Virus record (IMG/VR): IMGVR_UViG_3300005973_000002 | Strand: one strand, 5' to 3' | Source: a virus | Taxonomy: Duplodnaviria > Caudoviricetes | Length of the DNA stretch: 64,000 nucleotides | Shown: positions 34,478 to 43,389 of the stretch, piece after piece | Position numbering within the stretch: the stretch's first letter is position 1 | Layout: each line of letters begins with the position of its first letter | Notes under the pieces: model-generated | Database searches by the model: none | Told to the model about the DNA's origin: nothing | What the model saw: the letters and a program-made list of their open reading frames with translations, nothing else | Translations under genes and position numbers: made by a program

Positions 34478-35227
34478 TCACCTAAGTTGGTTGAGAATGC
34501 AATTCTCAATACGAGGGATTACCCTACTAGCCCAATCGTTTGCACCCTCAAAAGTAAAATGTAAGCCATCCCCCGTTCTACCAAAAGTTCCGGTGATATC
34601 TCTTGATTCAATATAATGTTCTGGTCCAACTACCTCATGAATAATTCTTGCAGCTTGATCTCTGCCTCGTTGTTTTTCTCTCGCTCGTTCGTCATCTCCG
34701 ACAATTACAGCAGGGGATATCCAACAGTAACTAACTGTTTGCCCCGATGGCTTGTTCGCCTCAGCTTTTTCTCTAATATATTCCCAGAGCTGCTCAACCT
34801 CATTATGATAATTTGGATTTCTGGACCGTTGCCAATCATTGCCACCAAGTTCAATTAAAACTAAAGTAGGTTGATGATTCCCCATAAAACGATTAATATT
34901 ATGTCGATGTACCCACCAATTTCTCACGCCCCAACCAGGTTGTCCTGCACGAGCATAATAACTAGCACCTGCGCCAGTAACGTGTGCAAGCATTGCCACT
35001 CCAAAAGAACCAGCGACTTGTGAATTTCCCAAAAGAAAAACTCTCTGATTGTCAATAGGAGATCTCGGGGAGCCTTGAGCCTCAACATATTCATTTGAAT
35101 ATGAGTCCTCCTGGGCTAAACTTGGCAAGGCTACGACTAATATTAGTGTTGCAAAACTAACAAAATAAACTATGGCACTTAATCGTTTCATCAAAACTCC
35201 GACAGTTAAACTGTATCGCTCACACAT
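34478..35227 (-). CDS. SGNH/GDSL-family esterase
   Basis: LLGNSQ, LGGND, DGLH blocks; signal peptide. Confidence 0.75.
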   Translation of the reverse strand: MCERYSLTVGVLMKRLSAIVYFVSFATLILVVALPSLAQEDSYSNEYVEAQGSPRSPIDNQRVFLLGNSQVAGSFGVAMLAHVTGAGASYYARAGQPGWGVRNWWVHRHNINRFMGNHQPTLVLIELGGNDWQRSRNPNYHNEVEQLWEYIREKAEANKPSGQTVSYCWISPAVIVGDDERAREKQRGRDQAARIIHEVVGPEHYIESRDITGTFGRTGDGLHFTFEGANDWASRVIPRIENCILNQLR

Positions 35228-35232
35228 AAATT

Positions 35233-35508
35233 TTAACGTTTTTCTTCATGAAGATATAACACATTGCTTTCATCTGCCACAACAACTTCAAAGTTATTGC
35301 GTGATAGATCGTAAGATACGCCTACAGGTACTTTCCACACAGAGTTAGACTCTTTTTTTTGCATTTTTTCTTGCAGTGCTTCTAAATCACGTATAATCAA
35401 CTCTATTCTTGCAGGTGTAAGAAGTTGTCCAAGATGCTTTTCATAAAGCTGACTTGTATACCACATCAACGCTTTTGTCATGTGAGATTTTATGATTCTT
35501 AACTTCAT
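35233..35508 (-). CDS. Hypothetical protein
   Basis: 91-aa ORF in the operon. Confidence 0.5.
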   Translation of the reverse strand: MKLRIIKSHMTKALMWYTSQLYEKHLGQLLTPARIELIIRDLEALQEKMQKKESNSVWKVPVGVSYDLSRNNFEVVVADESNVLYLHEEKR

Positions 35509-35524
35509 ATTCTATAGTATTAGC

Positions 35525-35761
35525 TCATTTGTCAGACTTGTTCGATTTTGCTTCATGTAGTCGAATCATCCACCAATTAGCGATTCCACCCATAAGAAAA
35601 CAAATTCCATTGGCAAGAAAAAGCTGTGCATACACGTGAGATAAACCGATAAAAAAACATACAAGTGCAAAAATCATGTTCAGGACAACCATAAACAAAC
35701 AAAACTTGTACATGCGATGAGGGTTTAGAATTTGTTTTAATTTATTGATCGTCTTCATCAA
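35525..35761 (-). CDS. Small two-TM membrane protein
   Basis: Two hydrophobic segments. Confidence 0.5.
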   Translation of the reverse strand: MMKTINKLKQILNPHRMYKFCLFMVVLNMIFALVCFFIGLSHVYAQLFLANGICFLMGGIANWWMIRLHEAKSNKSDK

Positions 35762-36035
35762 ACTTTATACCAAAATAATTGATTGGTACTACCATACCCG
35801 GATTATCATCTGATATGAATAAGCAATAGTGAAACCACCAGTCAAATGTGTTGGGATAGATATAATCTCTGCTACGACAGTTCCGACATGACCATCCCAA
35901 ACTGCATCTGTAGACCAAAACATACCCCTCTGTATCCGGGTTTTTTGTTGAGCATCTTTTTCTCGAAGATAACCCCGTCTTTAACTTTTCTCATTTAATA
36001 GCCTGATGATATTCTTCAGTGTATACGGTATAGGA

Positions 36036-36716
36036 TTACTTTAATCCTGTTATTTTACCACGATAATAATCTTTGTAGGATATTTTCTTACCAGTAATGT
36101 GACAACTTACAATGTTGTGCTTTACCTGGATGGTGCGAATCTTATCTCCACGCATTCCGGAGCCGACCTGTTCTTGACGAATTTGCTCACGCTTTTTCGA
36201 ATATATTTTTTTCTTTTCACTTAAGAGCTTTGCTTTTAAGATTGCAAGAGCATTTTCTCGGTTAGTTTTTTGACTTTTTGAACTCTCAGCTCTTACAGTA
36301 ACACCAGATGGTAGATGTGTTAACTGAACAGCGGTTGCATTCTTGTTTCGATGTTGGCCACCAGGCCCACTTCCGCAAGTAAACGATTCTTTTAAATCCT
36401 TAGGATCTATATGAATTTCCTGCTGCTTTGCCTCAGGTAACACAGCTACCGTAATAGTGCTGGTATGTACTCGCCCACGTTTTTCGGTTGGTGGTACACG
36501 TTGCCAACGCAAGCCACCAGCTTCACTTTCAAAGAATCTTATTACTCCTTTTCCAGAAACCTTAAAAACAACAATATTTTCGTTAATTGTTATTTCTTCT
36601 ATAGAAAAATTCATAAGATTACAAGCTTTCCCATAAATTCCAAATTGTACGTGTATCAAATCACGGGCATCGGCACCACCCTCTCCGGGCCTTATTTCTA
36701 CAATTATACTTTCCAT
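36036..36716 (-). CDS. Short RF1-like peptide chain release factor
   Basis: VEIRPGEGG, QRVPPTEKRGRVHTS (PxT), SGPGGQHRNK, GMRGDKIRT; no N-terminal domain 1. Confidence 0.88.
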   Translation of the reverse strand: MESIIVEIRPGEGGADARDLIHVQFGIYGKACNLMNFSIEEITINENIVVFKVSGKGVIRFFESEAGGLRWQRVPPTEKRGRVHTSTITVAVLPEAKQQEIHIDPKDLKESFTCGSGPGGQHRNKNATAVQLTHLPSGVTVRAESSKSQKTNRENALAILKAKLLSEKKKIYSKKREQIRQEQVGSGMRGDKIRTIQVKHNIVSCHITGKKISYKDYYRGKITGLK

Positions 36717-36984
36717 TTTTTTCTCCTATTTGGAGAGAGGAAATAGATATCAACACCAGACCAACTCCATGTCCTGAATGTTCTTCTGAAGAACCATTTC
36801 GTAATGGGTTCTATCGTGGACGTGCTGGTGTCAAACAAGCTCAACGTATGATTTGTAAAACTTGCAACTATAAATGGAAGATAAAGGTCAAAGCCAATCC
36901 AATAAGCTGATTTGTACAAGCTTGTACGAGTTATCACACTCAGCAGCACGGATTTCTACGATAATTGACATTTTCTTCTCCTGT

Positions 36985-37060
36985 TGGTGCCCAGGAAGGG
37001 ATTCGAACCCTCACTGTGCCGGTTCTGAGCCGACTGCCTCTGCCATTGGGCTACCTGGGC
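36985..37060 (-). tRNA. tRNA-Leu(CAG) with short variable loop
   Basis: GTCGG-CTCAGAA-CCGGC; 5-nt variable region; A73; CCA. Confidence 0.88.
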
Positions 37061-37181
37061 GTGCGACAGCGTACCCTATAAGTATACTGTCTTTTACTCT
37101 ATTGTTCCAAACTTAGGAATAGCCGATCAATGCCAATGGTCCAACCGACACCTTCACAATTTTCGCTCCTTAAAAGATTCC

Positions 37182-38005
37182 TCACTCTTTCAGTCTGAGC
37201 TTCTTCAATTCTCGGGAGCTAATTTGACGAAGTTGCCAACAATATACGCTCTTTCCATAAGTCTGTTCACACTTGCGAGCGCCCTCACGTCCATCATATC
37301 CCTCAGTAAAATTAGAAACTTTGAGATAAACGTCGTAAAAATCTCCATGACGCCACATTTCACGAACAAATTCCCGTCCTCCGTAACCGATTCGTCGATC
37401 TTGGTACGATTCAGCCTTGGGAATCTTTTTTAGAGCGGTCTTGTACCAGATTCCGTGTTTACGAACGTAAATCTTTCCCTGATATTTAAATACGTCAGGG
37501 TTATCTTTGCGAGGTTTTCTTTTTGGCAATCGAGGAGCACGACGAAGGATGCCATCAGAATCAACATAAAAGGAATTGTCTCGACCACGATCGATTACCT
37601 CGTGTTCCAAACCCCAAACGTCAAGCGCATAGAGTTTGCCATCATCCTTGTAATAGGCAACACGATCAACATATCCCCAAAGATGTTGATAAATGTGTGC
37701 ATTCACAGCATTATCGTTAGGGCAAACCTTTCGAATTTCCGAGTAAACGTCATCCCACTTACGGCCAATCGAACTACGCAAAAATCGAACCAGAGGACCA
37801 AGGTGTTCGCCAAAAGACTTGTCACCACGGGCACGCTTGCCAAACATAGATTCCTTACGAGGAAGGGACCACTCATCGTAGTCACCTTTCGTAGCTTGTT
37901 GAATCTTTTTTTTAGAACCTTTTCTTTTATTAAGAGCTTTTTTTTGTTAATCCAACCCTGATAGCGAGGTTCCTCGCAGAGTACCTTTTTGAAATCTTTT
38001 CTCAT
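37182..38005 (-). CDS. Hypothetical protein spanning a -1 frameshift at an A8 run
   Basis: MRKDFKKVLCEEPR joins LGPLVRFLRSSIGRKWDDVYSEI if one base is added at 37938-37945 or 37906-37913. Confidence 0.6.
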
Positions 38006-38117
38006 AAACCTTTTCTCCTGCTAAAGTACATATCAACCATATCCCTGTCGAATGGGTTGTAGTCTCAAAATGATTACTTTGCAGTAGATGGTTCACTGAT
38101 TTCTCCAAAAGAGGCGA

Positions 38118-38423
38118 TCACTTAGACTGAAGTACCAATCCTCGGTCGAAACCGCCTCGAAGTTGTAATTTTTTAATTCTAGTTTGCTCTATTTCAACAG
38201 AATTGTGTCCAAGAGCCTTAGCCAAGGAGTAAACGACTTCTATCACATCAGCCATTTCTTCTAAACTCGGTTCAGCAACAAGTTCAGAAGCTTCCTCAAT
38301 TACCTTGTCAAGTAAGAGAGGGATTTTTTCATTGTCATGACACGAGATAATTTCAAGGTTATCAGAGAGACCGCCATTATCATCAATAATTTTAGGTATC
38401 TTATCTCGTATTAACTTTCTCAT
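38118..38423 (-). CDS. MazG-like NTP pyrophosphohydrolase
   Basis: KLIRDKIP, KVIEEASE, EEMADVIEV, RGGF. Confidence 0.85.
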   Translation of the reverse strand: MRKLIRDKIPKIIDDNGGLSDNLEIISCHDNEKIPLLLDKVIEEASELVAEPSLEEMADVIEVVYSLAKALGHNSVEIEQTRIKKLQLRGGFDRGLVLQSK

Positions 38424-38432
38424 GTTATGAGT

Positions 38433-38523
38433 TGGCGGAAGGCAGAGGACTTGAACCCCAACGGTTGTTGACCGTCCATCCGCTTTCGAGACGGCGGCGA
38501 TCACCCGGATCGCTTTACCTTCC
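38433..38523 (-). tRNA. tRNA-Ser(CGA)
   Basis: CTCGAAA loop, long variable arm, CCA. Confidence 0.9.
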
Positions 38524-38540
38524 AAAGGTTTGTGTAATTA

Positions 38541-38816
38541 TTATTTGTCTTCCAATTCGCCAAGGATTTCTCCAGTGCTTATGCTATATTCATAGCGTGA
38601 TGGAGGTAATGTAAAAGTTGCCACAAATTGATCATAACAATCTTCACAAATGTCCCAAGCATGCTTTTGCATGTCTTTGCGAGACCAAAATCCCCAATGA
38701 ACCTCTAAGGAGGCGTAATCTTTCTCAGTTTCATGGTCACACTGACTCCCACACTTGTTGCAGTAAACTGCATCAGTCTCTTGAACTTGGATAGTTTTTA
38801 TCGTAAATGTTTTCAT
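38541..38816 (-). CDS. Hypothetical Zn-ribbon protein
   Basis: CNKC...CEDC. Confidence 0.65.
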   Translation of the reverse strand: MKTFTIKTIQVQETDAVYCNKCGSQCDHETEKDYASLEVHWGFWSRKDMQKHAWDICEDCYDQFVATFTLPPSRYEYSISTGEILGELEDK

Positions 38817-39016
38817 TATTTTCGCCTAAAGGTCCAAACCCAGGCAGCAATATGCTCAACGATATCGTTGTGCAGGGCTGATTTTGTAGCGAATTCTCGT
38901 ATCACCTGTGCGTTTTCCCACGCATCTCTGGAGATGCCCTGCATCTTCGCTGATTTAGCTGATAGCATCAACCTTTTTCTAGCTTCAATTTTGGACTGAA
39001 CATCTATTTCAGACAT
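38816..39016 (-). CDS. Hypothetical protein
   Basis: 66-aa ORF coupled to its neighbour. Confidence 0.45.
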   Translation of the reverse strand: MSEIDVQSKIEARKRLMLSAKSAKMQGISRDAWENAQVIREFATKSALHNDIVEHIAAWVWTFRRK

Positions 39017-39029
39017 AATGGAGATTAGA

Positions 39030-40205
39030 TCACTTTACAAGTTTTGTAAACAGCTCAGTCTCACGTCGTTCAATTTCTTGTCCGATTTCTCGTCCCTTTA
39101 AACCCTGAGCCATCAACTCTTGTCCACTCACGGATGGTTCGTATTTAATAAATGCATCTACCAAATTCATGTCCGGCTCACCACTAAGTTGAGCAAATTC
39201 CTTCAAGTCCTCAGGAGAAAGTCGTGTCGGCTTCCACAATTTTTTCAAATGATAAGCATTCTCGGGAGAAAGGTTTTGAAAAAGATTAAGAAAAGCAATT
39301 TGCCTAGTTTCAACTACACTGTATTTTAAGTTGTTTAACTTTTGAGACAAAACTTTAGGATTGTTATCTCGTGTAAGAAGAGCAAGTTGCACTGGGATGT
39401 TCTTTGTTTCTTCATACCACGTGTTTAGCTTTAACCCAGGTAAAATCTTTTCCCATAAATTGAAAGAGTCATAAAGACGATGTAAGGCCCTGACGGATTG
39501 GGCACTCTTAATGCTTTTCAAGAATTCATCTCTGATTCTTTCAGGCGACACACCCTCTAAGGAATTATTTGCCCTAATGGCGTCTTCGGTCGGTTTATCA
39601 AGCCCAGCACCCATACGAGCTGCAAATCTAATAGCTCGCAAAATTCTCAGTCTGTCCTCATCAAATCTTTCTGAGGGATCTCCAACAGCTCTAACCACAC
39701 CTTTTTCTAGATCTTCAAGACCGCCTACCAAGTCCACAACTTCTTGACTGTCGATGTCATAAAAAAGTGCGTTAATTGTAAGATCACGACGTTTCACATC
39801 ATTTTCAATAGTAGTAAACTCAACTGCATCGGGTCGTCGACCCACCAAAGACTTAAATTCTCGATATTCTTCTGGAAAAAGTTGTGCGGCTTTATTTTTC
39901 CAATTAGCCGACTCTGTCAACTTGTTTGTGGTTGTTGGGGTAAATGTGATAAAGATACCATCTGTAGGATCACCCTCCACGACACTGATACTATCAGTGC
40001 TGTACTCATCGAAAATTTTATAGTGTTCATCCCACCAATCTTCTTCGGGTGTACCTGCTTCATATCGACATCCGAGTGTATGAGTTTCAATGAACCAGCC
40101 ATTTACAATAACAGTATCACCACAAGTTCTTGCAGTCTTCAATTTAGCCAGAAGGTCATTTCCAGCCTTTTGAACGGTTGCAGGTAAATCTTCATACTTG
40201 GTCAT
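39030..40205 (-). CDS. cca: CCA-adding enzyme (tRNA nucleotidyltransferase), C-terminal piece
   Basis: DVKRRDLTINALFY, RFDEDRLRILRAIRF, VSPERIRDE; probable start ATG 40205 with GGAG 8 nt upstream. Confidence 0.85.
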   Translation of the reverse strand: MTKYEDLPATVQKAGNDLLAKLKTARTCGDTVIVNGWFIETHTLGCRYEAGTPEEDWWDEHYKIFDEYSTDSISVVEGDPTDGIFITFTPTTTNKLTESANWKNKAAQLFPEEYREFKSLVGRRPDAVEFTTIENDVKRRDLTINALFYDIDSQEVVDLVGGLEDLEKGVVRAVGDPSERFDEDRLRILRAIRFAARMGAGLDKPTEDAIRANNSLEGVSPERIRDEFLKSIKSAQSVRALHRLYDSFNLWEKILPGLKLNTWYEETKNIPVQLALLTRDNNPKVLSQKLNNLKYSVVETRQIAFLNLFQNLSPENAYHLKKLWKPTRLSPEDLKEFAQLSGEPDMNLVDAFIKYEPSVSGQELMAQGLKGREIGQEIERRETELFTKLVK

Positions 40206-40920
40206 CAACATATCTCCACATAAAACCACCAGCTTGTTTCCTGTACTTTTTGTTTCTGGCAGCACAGCTAATGTTTCTAATTCCCAAGTCTTTTTGAGCT
40301 TTATCAACACTTTCCCAAATTTGGATCATTTCACCGTCTAAAGTCATTTGCATTACTTTTTTCTTGTTCCAAGCTGATTTTCCTCTACGAGCTTTAGAAA
40401 TCTTCTGCTTTTGTGCTTCTGTACAAGGTTTTCCAAGTCTTCTGGTGTTACCTATAAGTGACTTGGAAATATTTTTCTTGTGTACAGAAGTTAATTTTCG
40501 ACCCTTATGCTGTCTAGCAACTTGTGCTATTTTTTGCTTCGCCTTCTCACTGTGCTTATAACCGTGAGATCCAACCTCTCCTCCAGAAGTGACATTTGTT
40601 AAATCACAACCTTTGTCTTTGAAATATTGAATCCAATACCGCTCTCGTTCTGTCAACAAACTTTCTTCACATTTTTCAATGGCAATTATCCTCAGTTTGG
40701 AGAGCAATCCTTTTCTCTCCAATAATCGCAACCAATTATTCTTATGCGAGTTATTCTTGTTCCTTCGATGCTTATGCTTAGAGAGTCTAACGTTTAGCTT
40801 TGATACAGTTTTACCAACATATCTGACCTCATTAGTCATTGGGCATACGAGCGAGTAGACGCAGCCTTTTCTTCCAGTTTTCTGGCTGTTTTTCTTGGAT
40901 GAATTTAACGAAACTTTCAT
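40192..40920 (-). mobile_element. GIY-YIG homing endonuclease inserted in cca
   Basis: VYSL..RYVGKT, RLSKH, ERYWI, NUMOD-like repeats. Confidence 0.9.
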
Positions 40921-41779
40921 AATCATCTTTTAAATATGAATCTTCACGGAAAGTTGCTATTTCATATTCATTGCCCTCAGGGGTTATAACATTGATAACA
41001 CCAAATGCCTTCCCAACTTCCATTGTTTTGTACTCTGGGAATTTCCTGATTATTTCAAGAATGCGATTAGGATTAGCATCTGTGGCCACATCATAATCCT
41101 TAGGTTCTTTACCCAGCAATGCATCCCGTACTGCTCCACCTACAACGTAAAGTTGATGTCCAGCTTTTGAAAAGATTTGTGATAATCTTTGAATGTCAGC
41201 AGGTATTTTCATATTAAAGGGCTTTCGCACTGATTCAACTAAGAAATTGAAATTTTCATTTAAAATTTCATCAATAAGCCATTTAACGCTTTCGTTTTTA
41301 GCCTCAGTTTCTTGGTTGTCTTTTTTTGGCACCTGATCCAGTGGCGAAGGTTGCTTTTTCTGCAAATATTTTTTAAACTTGCGCTCCCGTTTTTTGCGAG
41401 GTACAGTGTAATGTTTTTTTAACAACTGATCAATGGTAGATTGGTACCAGCGCTTTGCCTGTCCAGCAAGTTTGTTGTCATCTACAAAATGATCAATATA
41501 AAGACGCACTCCGTGCGTATCACCGGATTGACGTGGGTCCATATCTGGATCCATTTTAAGCAAGCCTGACAACTGGTCGAGTTTCTTGGTTGGAGAGTAT
41601 CCTCCCCTGACTGATGACACGGAAAACTTAGCAAGTTTAGTCAAATCATCATGAATTTCGGGAAAATTTTTCTTCATGTGATTAACGTAATCTTGCGATA
41701 GCTCCTCACGGTGTTCGAGCATGACTTCATCAAGCACTTCCTCAATCAAATATACAAGGTCTTTCTTTTTCATGGACAT
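40832..41779 (-). CDS. cca: CCA-adding enzyme, N-terminal catalytic piece with about 180 extra N-terminal residues
   Basis: LYVVGGAVRDALLGKEPKDYDVATDA, VGKAFGV, EIATFR. Confidence 0.88.
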   Translation of the reverse strand: MSMKKKDLVYLIEEVLDEVMLEHREELSQDYVNHMKKNFPEIHDDLTKLAKFSVSSVRGGYSPTKKLDQLSGLLKMDPDMDPRQSGDTHGVRLYIDHFVDDNKLAGQAKRWYQSTIDQLLKKHYTVPRKKRERKFKKYLQKKQPSPLDQVPKKDNQETEAKNESVKWLIDEILNENFNFLVESVRKPFNMKIPADIQRLSQIFSKAGHQLYVVGGAVRDALLGKEPKDYDVATDANPNRILEIIRKFPEYKTMEVGKAFGVINVITPEGNEYEIATFREDSYLKDDYESFVKFIQEKQPENWKKRLRLLARMPND

Positions 41780-41808
41780 AACTAAATATTATTTCTAAAA
41801 CTAACAAC

Positions 41809-42120
41809 ATGAATGATTGGATTAAAACTGAAGACGGCAAAAAAATTAAAACATTATATAATGGAAAAATTGCCGTTGTTGGACCAGAAGATACATCTAG
41901 TATTGTTCCTTTGTTTTGTTCTTGTTGTAATTTTCCAATGAGAACTACTGATGATAGTGTCAGTTATCGTAAATATGGCGTTTGTAGCAAATGCGATAAT
42001 CGTTGGACTTCAAAACCTGGGGTGACGTGGCCTGAAGGACCTGATAAATCATCTGTGGACTGGCGAGAATATCTTGAACACAGACTGATACTTGAAAAAC
42101 CTGTAATAAACTTCAAATAA
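41809..42120 (+). CDS. Hypothetical Zn-binding protein
   Basis: CSCC..CSKC. Confidence 0.6.
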   Translation: MNDWIKTEDGKKIKTLYNGKIAVVGPEDTSSIVPLFCSCCNFPMRTTDDSVSYRKYGVCSKCDNRWTSKPGVTWPEGPDKSSVDWREYLEHRLILEKPVINFK

Positions 42121-42171
42121 TAAAACTACTTGTATGTCACGCTCTAATTATCTTGAGCCAAGGATATAAAG

Positions 42172-42570
42172 ATGGAAACCGATTACAAGAAACTTCTTAG
42201 AATCTCACAAGTTCTCAATAACACATTTGGTACTGATGGACCTGGATACCAACATATAAGCGGAATGAATGTCAGGCTTGATCCAATCGACAGCGGGCTA
42301 CTGAAAGCACGTTGTATTATGACCGTTACTTTTCGTTCCGATCAAATGATGAGAGAAAGACTTCGCAAACACAGAGATGAAGCTGTTGCTATGATCAAAG
42401 GAGCACTTGATCGCTTCAAAGACGATTATCAAGCTCGATTTGACGAGGAAATAAGTTACGAAATGGATGATAAAGCTCTTGAAGAGAGCACAGAGTTTAT
42501 TCATGTTTCCCAATACACAGCTTTGAGTCGGGCTTTTTATAGAGTTAATACTCTAGTACGAATAAAATAA
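42172..42570 (+). CDS. Hypothetical protein
   Basis: 132-aa ORF. Confidence 0.6.
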   Translation: METDYKKLLRISQVLNNTFGTDGPGYQHISGMNVRLDPIDSGLLKARCIMTVTFRSDQMMRERLRKHRDEAVAMIKGALDRFKDDYQARFDEEISYEMDDKALEESTEFIHVSQYTALSRAFYRVNTLVRIK

Positions 42571-42581
42571 TTTCCAATGGT

Positions 42582-43361
42582 ATGAATAACCAAATTTATA
42601 AAAAATGTCAAAAGGATTTTGAATTCTACTGTGAATACTCACTGAGTATCGAATCACCGATTTATGGCGAAGTGCCATTTAAAATAGGCGAAGTGCCATT
42701 TAAACTATTTGATTACCAAAAATATGTTTCCAGACTCTTAGATAATAAGAAAAAAATGGTGGTTGTTACACCTAGGCAAATGGGTTTTACCAGTTTAGTT
42801 GCTGCTCGCTGCTTTTGGGAAATACAGTCTAAACCTAATATAAATGTGTTGGTTGTTGTACCAGGACATCACATGGTTAAATATTTTATGTCCATAATTG
42901 ATCGTTGGATCTCATACGGGAAGTATTTCAAACAAAGTCCTAACGGTCATTGGTCTACAAAAGTTGGAGAAATCAAATGTATTGCCAACAACAGCACCTT
43001 AACATGTCATTCTTCAATATCGACATTTCATAATATTCGTGGAAAATCTATTGACATACTGGTGCTGCTTGATTTTGCCTGGTGTGATACCGCACAGGAA
43101 ATAATAAAAACATTATTTCCGGCGTTGACGCCAAGTTCTAAAGTTTTGATGGTTTCTACACCTGCAAATACTTCCAAGGTGGAATCAGCAAAAGTCTTCA
43201 AAGAATTTTATTTCGATGCCCAAAAGGGCAAAAATGATTTTTATCCATACCGAGTGCCCTGGTGGTCCAAACCAGGGCATAGTATAAATAAGTTCGCCGA
43301 TATCGTTAGTAACTTTAGCATTAATGATTATGATTATGAAATCTTAGCAAAGTTTGACTAA
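42582..43361 (+). CDS. Truncated terminase-ATPase-like paralog
   Basis: FKLFDYQ, PRQMGFTS, RGKSIDILVLLDFAW, VSTP; no nuclease domain. Confidence 0.75.
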   Translation: MNNQIYKKCQKDFEFYCEYSLSIESPIYGEVPFKIGEVPFKLFDYQKYVSRLLDNKKKMVVVTPRQMGFTSLVAARCFWEIQSKPNINVLVVVPGHHMVKYFMSIIDRWISYGKYFKQSPNGHWSTKVGEIKCIANNSTLTCHSSISTFHNIRGKSIDILVLLDFAWCDTAQEIIKTLFPALTPSSKVLMVSTPANTSKVESAKVFKEFYFDAQKGKNDFYPYRVPWWSKPGHSINKFADIVSNFSINDYDYEILAKFD

Positions 43362-43389
43362 AATCTCAAGTCACATACTTACTTGAGTA

